Assembly: GCA_030390025.1 (NCBI GenBank)
Contig: JASTWF010000323.1
Coordinates: 248,001-312,000, forward strand
DNA: 64,000 nucleotides
DNA from: Squalus acanthias
Taxonomy: Eukaryota
Direction: 5' to 3'
The first letter of the stretch is position 1, and each line of letters begins with the position of its first letter. Below are positions 48,149 through 61,030 of the stretch, one piece after another. The position numbers were made by a program, and so were the translations under genes. Below the pieces are notes generated by a model. The model was not told where the DNA came from and searched no databases. It saw only the letters and a list, made by a program, of their open reading frames with translations.

Positions 48149-49032
48149 ATGTTAGAGTGTCCTCTCAGGGCCGCGCTGCTGCTCTCTGGGATGGGGCTGT
48201 CCTCTTTAACTGTGGCCATTCAGCTAAAGAAGTAAAGTGGGGAATTTGTGTCGATGGATCCTCAAACCAATATACCCCCTCAATGTAATGAAACTATTAC
48301 ATCGAATAAAAATAACCAATCTAATAAAATCCCACAAACTAATAATGGTCCTCAAAATGATACTTTACCTGACAATGATACAGCAGCTCAAACTAATACA
48401 TCATCTCCAACGCATAGAGTCCCTCAAACTAATAAAACCTCAAGCTAATACTGCAACTCAAACTCGTACAGCCCTTCAAATTCATACAACACGTGAAGCA
48501 CCTCAAATACCGCAACTAAAACTAATACAGCACTACCAATTCATACAGCAATTCAAACTAATACAGCATTTCATATAATAGAGAACCTCAAACTAATAGA
48601 GAACCTCAAACTAATAGAGAACCTCAAACTAATAGAGAACCTCAAACTAATAGAGAGCCTCAAACTAATAGAGAGCCTCAAACTAATAGAGAGCCTCAAA
48701 CTAATAGAGAACCTCAAACTAATAGAGAACCTCAAACTAATAGAGAACCTCAAACTAATAGAGAGCCTCAAACTAATAGAGAACCTCAAACTAATAGAGA
48801 TCCTCAAACTAATAGAGAACCTCAAACTAATAGAGAACCTCAAACTAATAGAGAACCTCAAATCAATAGACAACCTCAAACTAATACCGCTATCAAACCA
48901 ATTCAGAACATCAAACCAACGCAGCCGATCAAACCAATACAGCTGGTCATCATCCAATACAGAGCAGCCCGCTGGATTTGCACCAAATGCACCACCTCAA
49001 ACATTCAGTCCCTCAACCACTGCCGCACCGTG
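48149..49032 (+). pseudogene. Disrupted signal-peptide + Pro/Gln/Thr/Asn hexapeptide-repeat (mucin-like) reading frame
   Basis: MLECPLRAALLLSGMGLSSLTVAIQLKK*SGEFVSMDPQTNIPPQCNET... then PQTN-type repeats across several frameshifts, ending ...PPQTFSPSTTAAP*. Confidence 0.45.
48578..48885. repeat. Homogeneous 18-bp tandem repeat AATAGAGAACCTCAAACT (~17 copies; NREPQT on +)
   Basis: Direct reading; variants differ mostly at the Glu codon third position (GAA/GAG, one GAT). Confidence 0.95.
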
Positions 49033-49049
49033 ACTGCAATATGGCTGCT

Positions 49050-49400
49050 GGTTACGGTAGCATAGTGGTTAAATTACTGGATTAACAATCCAGAGATCAG
49101 GGTTAATGATCCAGAGACATGAATTCCGGTCCCAACACGGTTGTTGGGGCGTATAAATTCAGTTATTTAAATAAATCAGGAATTTGAAGAAAAGGAACTG
49201 TCGTAAAAAGCCATCTGGTTCACTAATGCCCTTTAGCGAAGGAAAACTGCCCTGTTTACCCGGTGTGGCCAGTATGTGACTCCAGCCCATGCTGCAATGT
49301 GATTGGCTCTTAACTGTCCTCTGAAAGTGCGAGAAATTAGGGATGTCGAATAATTGCTGGCCTTGCCAGCGACGCACACATCCCGTGAATGAATTTTTAA
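49050..49400 (+). mobile_element. Deu-domain tRNA-derived SINE (SacSINE1-like)
   Basis: GGTAGCATAGTGG head; tctggttcactaatgccctttag...gaaggaaa...tatgtgactccag Deu-like core; LINE-derived tail. Confidence 0.75.
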
Positions 49401-49403
49401 AAA

Positions 49404-49775
49404 TGTGTACCAGCTACAAGATGCACAGCAGCAAGTCGCCAAGTCTTCTTCGACAGCACCTTCCAAGCCCGCGAACTGTACCACCTTGATGGACAAGGGC
49501 AGCAGGCGCATTGGAACACCACCACCTCCAGATTCCCATCCAAGTTACACAACATTCTTCCTTGGAAATATATCACATTTGTTTCATCATCGCTGGGTTA
49601 AAGTCCTGCTCCTCCATGACGAACAGCACAGTGGGAGTTCCTTCACCACACGGACTGCAGCGGTTCAAGTACGCGGCACACCACCACCTTCTCAAGGGCA
49701 GCAAGGGATGTGCAATAAAGGCTGGTTTTGCCAGCGACGCCCTCATCCCGTGATTAAATAAATTAAATAAAACTG
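49404..49775 (+). mobile_element. LINE 3' fragment (partner of the Deu-type SINE)
   Basis: ggaacaccaccacctcca...cacacggactgcagcggttcaag...caccaccaccttctcaagggca; same as 3080-3270. Confidence 0.75.
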
Positions 49776-49779
49776 ATCA

Positions 49780-52700
49780 GTTCATATCACCGAAATTGAT
49801 GACACAGAAATTGGCGAACTGACTGGAATCTAACCAAATACCAGGTCAGTGGCCAATTGACAAGACCAGGCTGATCACTATCAAACTAACCAACTGACCA
49901 CAACCTGTCCGTGCAAAAAGAAACTGGCCGACTGACCAGAATCTAACTGAGCACCAAATAACTGTCAAAATGACCACTACCTGACCGAGCACTTAGAAAC
50001 TAGCCAAATAATAACAACCTGACCAAGTACACAGAAATTATCTAAATGACCACAATCTGACAGAAAACCCAGAAACTGACCAACTGACCACAAACTTAAC
50101 GAAAGCCCAGGAGCTAACCATCTGACCACTAACTGACTGAACGTCCAGAACCTGACTGAATACCCAGAAACCGAAAAACTGACCACAACTTGAACAAGCA
50201 CCCAGAAACCGACCAACTGACTACATACTGACCGAGCACACAGACCCTGACAAACTGACCACAGCCTGACCGAGCACACAGAACCTGACCAACTGACTAT
50301 ATACTGACCGATCACACAGAACCTGACCAACTGACCACAACCTGACCGGGCACACAGTAAATGACCAACTGACCACAATCTGACCGAGCACACAGAACCT
50401 TACAAACTGATTATATACTGAACGACCACACGGAACCTGACCAACTGACTCTATACTGACCGAGCGCACAGAACCTTACCAACTGACCACAAGCTGACCG
50501 AACACAGAGAACCTGACCAACTGACCGCACCCTGACCGAGCACACAGAACCTGACCAACTGACCACACCCTGACTGAGCACACAGAACCTGAACAACTGA
50601 CCGCACCCTGACCGAGCAGACAGAAACTGAGCAACTGACTATATACTGGCCGAGCGCACAGAACCTGACCAACTGACCACACTCTGACCGAGCACACAGA
50701 AACTGACCAACTGACTCTATACTGACCGAGCACACAGGAACTGACCAACTGACTTTATACTGACCGAGCACACAGAACCTGACCAACTGACCACAACCTG
50801 ACCGAGCACACAGAACCTGACCAACTGACCACACTCTGACCGAGCACACAGAAACTGACCAACTGACTCTATACTGACCGAGCACACAGGAACTGACCAA
50901 CTGACTCTATACTGACCGAGCACACAGAACCTGACCAACTGACTCTATACTGACCGAGCACACAGAACCTGACCAACTGACCATACCCTGACTGAGCACA
51001 CAGAACCTGACCAACTGACCGCAGCATGACCGAGCACACAGAACCTGACCAAATGATAACACCCTGACCGAGCACACATAATCTGAACAACTGACCACAC
51101 CCTGACCGAGCGCACAGAACCTGACCAACTGACACTATACTAACCGCGCACACAGAACCTGACCAACTGACCACACCCTGACCGAGCACACAGAACCTGA
51201 CCAACTGACCACACTCTGACCGAGCACACAGAAACTGACCAACTGACTACACTCTGACCGAGCACACAGAAACTGACCAACTGACTCTATACTGACCGAG
51301 CACACAGAAACTGACCAACTGACCACACTCTGACCGAGCACACAGAAACTGACCAACTGACTCTATACTGACCGAGCACACAGAAACTGACCAACTGACC
51401 ACACTCTGACCGAACACACAGAACCTGACCAACTGACCACACCCTGACCGAGCACACAGAAACTGACCAACTGATTCTATACTGACCGAGCACACAGGAA
51501 CTGACCAACTGACTCTATACTGACCGAGCACACAGAACCTGACCAACTGACCACACCCTGACCGAGCACACAGAAACAGACCAACTGACCACACCCTGAC
51601 CGAGCACACAGAACCTATCCAACTGATCACAACCTGACCGAGCACACAGAAACTGACCAACTGACTCTATACTGACCGAGCACACAGAAACTGACCAACT
51701 GACCACACCCTGACCGAGCACACAGAACCTATCCAAGTGACCACACCCTGACCGAGCACACAGAACTTGACCAACTGACCACACACTGACCGAGCACACA
51801 GAACCTGACCAACTGACCACAACCTGACCGTACCCACAGAATCTGACCACATTCTGATCGAATAACCAGAAACTGCCCATCTGGCAATTTGAACAGACAC
51901 ACAGAAACTGACCAACTGACCACAACCTGACCAACACACATAAACTGAACAACTGACAAAAATCTGTTTGAGCAACCAGAAAGTGACCATCTGCCGACAA
52001 CTTGACTGAACATCCAGAAACTGACCAGCTGACAACAAACTGACTGTACATACAGACACTGTTAGAAACTAGGGGTTCCTAAAAATGTATATGGCTACAT
52101 GAATAATACTGTGTTTAAATGATTGCATGTTTCGGCTCGAGACAATTATGGGGATTGGTTAAGTTTCGTTTTCCTGGAAAACTTGCATTAGAATTTGAGA
52201 CAGTCTTTTTATTCGGGTAGAGTAGCTGAAGCATATACATTCCACACAGGGGCCCATAGGATGGCCCTGCCAGGCTAGCTGGCTGTTATTTGTACTTTAG
52301 GGTTTTGACTTTGTAAATGTATTTTTAATTTGGCCAGTTAAGGTCCAACCTATGTTTCTTCCATTATTACTAATTACCATATTATAATCTCTAAACATAT
52401 AATTTGGAGTTTGTTTAGTAGAACTGCTTGCGAAGATAATTAAAAGTTAATTAGGAAAAGACATAGAAGGAAAGGAATTTGAGGAGGTTCAGGTTTCCAT
52501 CTTAGAATGGGCCATTTGCTAGATGAAGGTGAGATAGCGGCTGACTAAAGTGCGACAGCTCTGGCTATGGGCCATGATTAAGAAGGACAGGATCGGGCCT
52601 TGTACTTGCTGGGTCAAGGAGAATAGAGACAATAGAGATAAGACACAAATTCCAATGGAAGAACCAACAGAAAGATTAAACAATAACACAAATTGGATGA

Positions 52701-55700
52701 AGTAATGAGACCCCCTTTTGGGGCAGGCTTTCATCCAACAACCAAGACAAAGAACTTGAGGTGTCATTGGGTGATGAGGTTTTAGGGAAACCTCTATAGG
52801 TTAAATGGGCTTGTCAATAACTTGGCCTCAGGCGCAACCCTGAAAAGAGAATAAAAGTAATAACCCGAGTAATTGCCCACACAGACGGGGGGGGGGGGAG
52901 TGGTGGGAGGGGAGAGCCGTGCAGAAGTTGGGCTGGTCGAACGCCATTTTGAGAGTGATCCCATGCTCACCAAATCAAATGCTCTAGAGAGAGAGAGAGA
53001 GAGAGGCCGGTAGCCAGAGACTGTTCACGCACACCAGCCGTCTGTCCAATCGGGACCTGAACCAACTGCTTGTCACGGTGATATGTTTTTGCTGTATATC
53101 CAGCATGTTATATTCCGTCTTACACGCCTCTTAAACACAATATACCCACCATATTGGTTTGCAGTCGATCCTGATTCTTTGAAAGACTAGAGATAAGCTA
53201 CCAATTGGCCAAATCTCTACAAATCTGACAGCATTCTGATCGAGTAATCAGAAACTGATCATCTGGCTACTTGAACCAATACTCAGAAACTGAATAACTG
53301 ACCACAAACTGAACAAACATCCAGAAAATGAGCAACTGCACAGAACTTGAACAAATCCAGAAAGTGACCAAATAACCAAAAACTGACCGAGCCACAGAAA
53401 CTGACCAGTTGACCACAACCTGACAGAGCACACAGAAACTGACCAACTGAACACATTCAACTGAGCACACAGAAACTGGCCTATTGAGCAACATCTGAAC
53501 GAGCAGCCAGAAACTGACCAACCGAACACAACCATGCGAAAAACCCAGAAACTGACCTTCTGACCACAACCTGACTGAGCACCACGAAACTGACCAACTG
53601 ACCACAACCTGAGCCATCACCAAGAAACTGACCAACTGATCGCAACCAAATCAAGCACCCTTAAACTGATCACTTACTGAAAAAGCTCACTGAAACTGAC
53701 CACTGACTAGATTCTGCCCAAGCACCAAATCACTGACCAAATGACCACAACAATACTGAAACTCTATAAATGACCAACTGACCATAACCTGACCGAGCGC
53801 CCGGAAAATGACCCGCTGACCATCAACTGAAAAAGCGCACTAAGGCTGACCAATTGATGAGCATAGAACCAAGCATAAAGCAACTGACCAACTGGCCACA
53901 ACCTGAACGAACACCAAGAACGTCAACAACTGACCACAAACTGACAGAACACCAAGAACCTTAACAAATCACCACTACCTGAACGAGTACACAGACACTG
54001 ACCAATTAACGGGAACTTTACTAGCAAGAAGAAAGTGATCAACTGAAATCTAGCTGAGCAAGCACTCAAAAACTCACCAACTGACGACTACCTGGTGCAC
54101 CCCAGAAACTGACTGGTGGACAGCAACCTGACTGAACACCCTGAAACTGACCAACTGAGCACTAACTGAAAAATGCCCAAAGAAACTGTCCAACTGGCCA
54201 GAATCTAACTCAGCAGCAAGTAACTGACCAATTCATCATAAACTAGCCGAGCACCTAGAAGCTGGCCAACTGTCCACAGACTGACCGAGTCCCCATAAAC
54301 TTACCAACTGACCACAGCCTGACTGAGCACACAGAAACTGACGAACTGATCACTATTTGACCTTTCCCCCAGAAATAGACCTGTAGACCACCAACTGAAT
54401 GAACACCCAGAAACGGACCAACTGACCACAACCAAAGTGATCTCCCGGAAACTGACCAACTGACCAGAATCTAATTAAGCACCAATTAACTGACAAATGG
54501 CCCATAATCTGACGGAGCACCCAGAAACTGGCCAACTGACCACAACCTGACCGTTCACCCAGAAACTGAGCAAAGTGCCCACTAACTGAAAAGAACAAAT
54601 AATCTGACCAACTGACCGAAATCTAACCAAGCACCAAGTAACTGACCAATTGAGCAGAAACTGTCCGAGCACCTATCATCTGACAAACATTCCACATCTG
54701 ACCGAGCACCCAGAAACTGAGCAACTGTCCACAACTTGACCAGGAAACTAGAAACTGACCAGTTGGATACTACCAGACCGGGCACCCAGAAACAAATCTG
54801 TTTACCACAACCTCGCTGAGTACCCTGAAATTGACCAACTGATCATTAACTCTCTGAGCCCCCAGAAACTGACCAACTGACCACAAGCCAAGTGCCAAGA
54901 AACTGTCCTATTCACCACAACCTGACTGAGCACCCGGAAACTGACCAACTGACCACCACCAAACTGAATACCCGGAAACTGAGCAATTTACCATATAATG
55001 ACCGAGCATCCAGTAACTGACCAATTGACCATAACATGACCGAGCACTCAGAATCTGACCAGCTGTCGAAAGCAAACCGAGCCCCCGGAAACTGACCACG
55101 AAATAAATAAGTACACATTAACTGAACCAAAAGATCAGAATCTAAACAAGCACCAATTAACTGATCAATTGACCAAAACATGTTCAAGCACACAGAAACT
55201 GACCAACTGACCGCATCCGCAACAAGCACACAGACACTGACCCAAAGACCGTAAACTAACTAAGCACTAAGTAACTGGCTAACTGACCGCATCTTGACCG
55301 AACACCGAGAAACTGACCAGAATGATCAGAATCTGGCATATCACCCAGAAACTGACCAATTCAGTGCAAAATGACTGAGCCCCCAGAAACTGACCTATAC
55401 TTGTACCCAGAAACTGACGAACTAAAGACAACATGACCGAGCACAAAGAAACTGACCAGTTGGCCACAACCTGACCAAGCACACAGAAACTGGCCAGCTG
55501 ACAAGAGACTGATTGAGCACCAGAAACTGACCAACTGACCACAACCTGATGGAACATACAGAAACTGCCCAACTGACAACTACATGACGGAGCACCAAGA
55601 AAACTGAGCAACTAACCACAACCCAATGAGCACCCAGAGATTGTCCAATTGACCACAAACATACTGAATAACCGGAAACTGATCAATTGACCAAAACCTG

Positions 55701-56810
55701 ACCGAGCACCAAGAAACTGACAAGTTGGCCACAACATGACCGAGCATCCAGAACCTGACCAACTGACCAGATACTTACTGAGCAATCAGAAAATGACCAA
55801 CTGACAACTACCTGACCCAGAAGCCAGAAAATGACAAACTGACCATTACCTGACAGAACATACAGGAACTGACCTACTGACCACTACATCACAGAATATC
55901 TAGAACCTGACTAACTGACAGCATCTTGACTGAGGACTCAGAAACTGACCATTTGACCACATCGAGAGCGAGCACCCAAAGCTCACCAGCTGACAAAAAC
56001 CTGACCCACCACGCAGAAATTGGCCAACTGAACACAATCCAACAGAGCAACAAGAAACGTTATAACTGACCACAATGTGACCAAGTCCTGAAACTGGCCA
56101 CTTGAACACTACCAGACCGAGCACCCAGAAACAGAATTATTGACCACAACATGACCGAGTTCACAGAAACTGACCTTTTGATCATAACCTGACCGAGTCT
56201 CCCGAAACTGACCAATTGACCACAACCTGAACGAGTCTCCAGAAAATGACCAATTGACCACAAACTGACCGAGTCTCCAGAAACTGACCAATTGACCACA
56301 AACTGACCGAGTCTCCAGAAAATGACCAATTGATCATAAACCTGACCGAGTCTACAGAAACTGAACACTTTATCATAAATTGACCGAGTCTCCAGAAACT
56401 GACTAATTGACCACAACCTGATCACATCCCCAGAAACTGACCAATTGACCACTACCAGACAAAGCACCCAGAAACTGACCTATTGACCACAACCTCGCTG
56501 AGTACCCTGAAATTGACAAACTGATCATTAACTCTCCGAGCCCCCAGAAACTGACCAGCCTACCACAAGCCAAGTGCCAGGATACTGACCTATTCACCAC
56601 AACCTGACTCGGCACGCGGAAACTGACCAACTGACCACCACCAAACTGAATACCCGGAAACTGACCAATTTACCATATCATGACCGAGCATCCAGTGACT
56701 GACCAAATGACCATAACATGATCGAGCACCCAGAATCTAAACAGCTGTCGAAAGCAAACCGAGCCCCCGGAAACTGACCACGAACTGAAAAAGTGCACAT
56801 AAACTGACCC
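49780..56810. repeat. Satellite, ~38-bp unit ACTGACCAACTGACCACAACCTGACCGAGCACACAGAA, interrupted at 52060-53221
   Basis: Direct reading; homogeneous at ~50220-51830 and diverged elsewhere; source of all the SVGQ/CGQLV ORFs. Confidence 0.95.
52060..53221. mobile_element. Probable solo LTR inside the satellite
   Basis: Non-satellite 1.16-kb insert bounded by TGTTAGAAA...TCTCTACA (TG...CA, imperfect inverted termini), no coding capacity; no matching TSD seen. Confidence 0.55.
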
Positions 56811-56901
56811 AAACATATATCACTGGCCCCGCGGGTGAGACTGGGTCGGAAAGAATATGAGGTGGGATTAATTTCCGATGCAGGAACTTCTTCAGTGTTT
56901 T

Positions 56902-57777
56902 TCATCCTTTAATTAATTTTACAATTGAAGTAAAGGGATATTTCACAATATTTATCACCTGCTGTCTAAACCTAGTCTGTTTCACGGCATAAATGCAAGT
57001 GTTTGTGCAGCAACTCAGGAGCTGGAGCATTTGTCCCAAATCTGGTAAATATATAGGTAGAGATACAAAATAATCAACCAATCGCCACACCCGGTTATAT
57101 ATAGAATATGCAATAAGCACTGACCATAACAGTATGAAATTGCACGAAATAGCAAAAAGTAAAATTATGGATTGTCTTCGGCTTTCCAGCTCTGGGTCTC
57201 TGGGACCCTCCCCACTGCTGGGAGCCCGGAGCCTCCTGCGGGATCTGCTGGCCACTAAAATGTGTCTGACGGTGACAGCATTTAGTAGCAAAATCAGTCA
57301 ATATGTTGAAGGAACTCGATTGTTCCCCAGACCAGTGGAAGCTGAACTTCGATTGTTCCATAACCAAACCAGGGGAGCTTCACTGCCCAATATTTATCAG
57401 TCAACATAAAGTAATAGAAAAGGTTCTTTAAACAACTCAGCACAGTCACTGATCCTAGAACCGCAGCTGCCGTTTTCTTGGTGCAATATTTTGTTTTCAG
57501 CTTCTGGCAAAAAATTGCCACAAAACGATCAAAGGTGAAAGTGACAGTGAACCAGACAGAACAGTCTGTGACGGCATAAAGCAGGACGGCGTGGATATTA
57601 CACACGGGGATAGCATACACAGGAACAAACGGTTTCTTATAAGTCATCGGAATGTGCCTCAATATCAGATCGATGATAACGACCAGTAGATCCGTCGCTG
57701 CCATGGCCACTAGCGATTGACACATGTGGAGAGACCGCACTTTCCCCGAGACAGGATCACAATGGTCACTATGTTAA
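56902..57777 (-). pseudogene. GPR139-like GPCR paralogue, exon 2, frameshifted
   Basis: Acceptor ctctgcacag|TT AAC ATA GTG (NIVTIVILSRGKCGLSTCV), shift near 57715, then VAMAATDLL...FTFDRFVAI..., deletion/shift near 57295, then LLNAVTVRHIL...SCCTNTCIY. Confidence 0.88.
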
Positions 57778-58079
57778 CTGTGCAGAGGGAAACAAACAGG
57801 GAATTTTAAAATCAGACTGGCAGCAAAAGCTTGAGTTTGATGGAATTCGGGGTGGAATTTGCAATTAATTACCGACATTCATTAATATGATCTAATTATA
57901 TTACCTTTAAGCTGTGAATCTTTCTTGTAAGAATAATGAATCAATAAATGAAAAGAGAATAAATGCATGAAAGTAACAGATATTTGATCACTGAGAGATG
58001 AAATGATTGATCCATCTTTAGCCCAGCATATAAGAAGCACCAGCCGAGGCACCAGGGCTACAAAGGACCAGAGCATCTC

Positions 58080-59950
58080 AGGAATAGATTGGGAAAAGCA
58101 GATTAGCACATTTCAGAAAGGCAGTGAATTTATTGAGTGTGTCCGGGATAGTCTTCTGTAACAATAGGTTCTATAACCAACAAGGGGCTTGCCATGCTAC
58201 TTTTAACAATGAGCAATGAGCCACATTTATTTAACAGCCTAACGGTGTGGAACATTTTTCTGATAGATATCATTACATGATCGAGATTAATGAAGAGAAA
58301 CGCGAAACCGCTACTAAGATTCTAGGTTTAGGTAAGGCCGACTTCAACGGGATGAGGCAGAAACTGTCCACTGTAAACTGGGCAAACCTGATAATGGGTA
58401 AAACAACAGACGGTCAGTGGGGATGTTCAAAAAAGAATTTCACTTGATACAGAACCAGTTTATACCCTGAGGGGCAAGAGCTCTATTTGTCAAAAACAGC
58501 CCGGGACGACTGAAGCGGTAAGGGACAGCATGGAAATAAAAGATAGAGCCTATAAAAATGCAAAATGTAGCACAGATCCTGTCGAATGTGAAAGGTACAA
58601 AGAACAGCAAAGGGTCACCAAACAGATATTGAGATCTACAAAAGGGAGTATGAAAAATAAACTTGTAAGGGATATCAAAATCACATAAATAATTTTTACA
58701 ATTATATTATGAAAATAGGGTAGTCAGGAGTATTATTGAACATTTAAAAACTGAAAGCTTTAATATTGTCAATAATAATAAGAAAATGGCGGAGAGGTTG
58801 AAAACAGACTTTGTTTCACTATTTACAGTAGAGGAAGAAGCATGCCGGAAATCCCAAGGAAACTAATATTGTATCAGAGACTGGGCCTCAATAAAATTAA
58901 TGTCAATAAGTAAACAGTAATACATAGAATAATGACTCTAAAGTGTGACACATTCCCAGGACCAGATGGGGCCTCAACTATTCACAGTTTTTATTAACGA
59001 CGTAGATGATGGCATAGAAAGTCATATATCCAAATTTGGGGATGACAAAAAGTTAGGCAGCAATGTAGGCAGTGTAGATGAAAGCATGAAATTACAAAGG
59101 GATATCGATACATTAAGTGAATGGGCAAAAATGTGGCAAATGGATTTTATCGTATGCAAATGTGAGGTTTTCCAATTTGTACATAAAAAGGATAGAACAG
59201 GATACTTTCTAAAAGGTGAAAAGCTAAAAAGAGTGGCGGACCAAAGAGACGGGGATGAATCTATATAGATCTTTAAAATGTCATCGACATGTACAGAAAA
59301 TAATCTAAAATGCTAATGTAATTCTGGACTTTATATCTAATGCACGAGAACACAAGAGGGTAGACTTTATGCTGCAGCTACAGAAAGCCCTGGTTAGATC
59401 ACACCTGGCGTAATATGAGCATTTCTGGGCACCACACCTTAGGAAGAATATATTGGCCTTGGAGGAAGTGCAGCGTAGGTTTACCAGAATGACACACGGA
59501 CTCTAAGGGTTAAGTTATGGCGAGAAATTGCACAAATTAGAATTGAATTCCTTAGAATTTAGAAGGTTAAGGGGTGATCTGATCAAAGTTTTCTAGATAT
59601 TAAGATGAACAGTTTGGTATTTAGGCAGAGACTTTTTCCCCTGTTTCGGGATTCTAGGACTAGGGAGCACTATGAAAAATAAGAGCCAGATCTATCAGGA
59701 GTGAAATTAGGAAACACTTCTAGGCACAAAGGGTTATAGAAGTTTGTAACTCTATTCCGCAAACCTAACTTAATGCTAGATCAATTTTCAATTTTAAAAC
59801 TCAGATTGATAGATTTTTGTTAACCAAGGTTATTAGGGGATATGGGGCAAAGTCGTGTATATGGAGTTAGGTCGCAGATCAGCCATGATCTCATTAAATG
59901 GCGAAACAGTCTTGAGGGGCTAAATGGGTTACTCCTCTTCCTATGTTCCT
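58080..59950 (+). mobile_element. Degenerate, internally deleted CR1 ORF2 + tail
   Basis: KADFNGMRQKL, GPQLFTVFINDVDDGIESHISKFGDD; tail ctcttcctatgttcct. Confidence 0.88.
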
Positions 59951-60894
59951 ATATTATTATACTCTTACAAAACTTCGTGTGCCGGTTTCAGTCAGCATTT
60001 TGAGCGGTGCAATTCGCTTCTGGGCCCTGTGTTGAGGAGTTGGAAATCCCGCTTGGATTCCTGATCTTCGTTTGAATATCCTTTATATATAGAACAGTAA
60101 ATGAATGCCACAGCAACATACAGAAACTGCAACCTTGGCGTGCAATAATTACAGGCAATTGTATTTTAAATGTACGGATGTGATACGACAATGATAAGAA
60201 AAATAAAAATGAACTGCAGTTATAAAGACAACCGCATTTTGTTGAAATATACAAATTGTAGCTCATTGAAAGAAATATTTTCCAAATAACATTGCAAAGA
60301 ATGGAATCTGATATATAATAAATAGTTATCATTGACAGTAAATGCCTCAGTAAATGTATTTATCAACATCGAATTCAGCTGAATTATCCAACGGGCAAAG
60401 TGCTGCCGAACGCTTTTGTAAAGTATCTGAACACAAACTGAAGAGAGTTATCCTTGTATTTTTCACATGTTGGTTTTCTACTTTGTGCAGAGAATATTAG
60501 ACGAGGAAATATCAAAGGATTGTCTTAACCTTAGCCGGTATTGTTTATCCTGAAGTACAGCAGGAGGCAATAGAGACCCACTCTGGGTCTCACTGAGAGA
60601 TCCACTGAACTGTGCGAGACGGGTATGTGACTCAAATGTAAAGTCAAAACAAAGATTGCAAATAACAGAATTGAAATCTGTCTAAATGAACGTTTTAAGA
60701 GAATGTAAATTATCCTTGTAATCCTATTCCAAACTTCAGAAGCAGTGCTACTAATGCAGAACTGGAGATTGTGGAAAAGGAGACAGTGACTGCAAATTAA
60801 TGATTAGCAGATATTTCACACATTTAAGGGTATGTATATGACCTGCCAGGATTTGTTCCTTTGACTCTGTGTAAATAATCATACCGAGCATGAG

Positions 60895-61030
60895 ATGAAA
60901 ACAAAAGCAAAACACTGCAGATACTGGAAATCTGAAATTAAAGCAGAAAATGTTGTAAATACTCAGCAGGTGAGGCAGCATCTGTGGAGAGAGAGAAACA
61001 GAGTTACCGTTTCAAGTCGATGACCTTTGC
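60895..61030 (-). mobile_element. Isolated Penelope-like 3' terminus
   Basis: aaaacactgcagatactggaaatctgaaat...gcagcatctgtggagagaga...gtttcaagtcgatgaccttt. Confidence 0.75.

Noticed and set aside
49977..56905. Dozens of Cys/Val/Ser-rich minus-strand ORFs
   Set aside because: Translations of the 38-bp satellite; unit is not a multiple of 3 and all frames give the same peptides.
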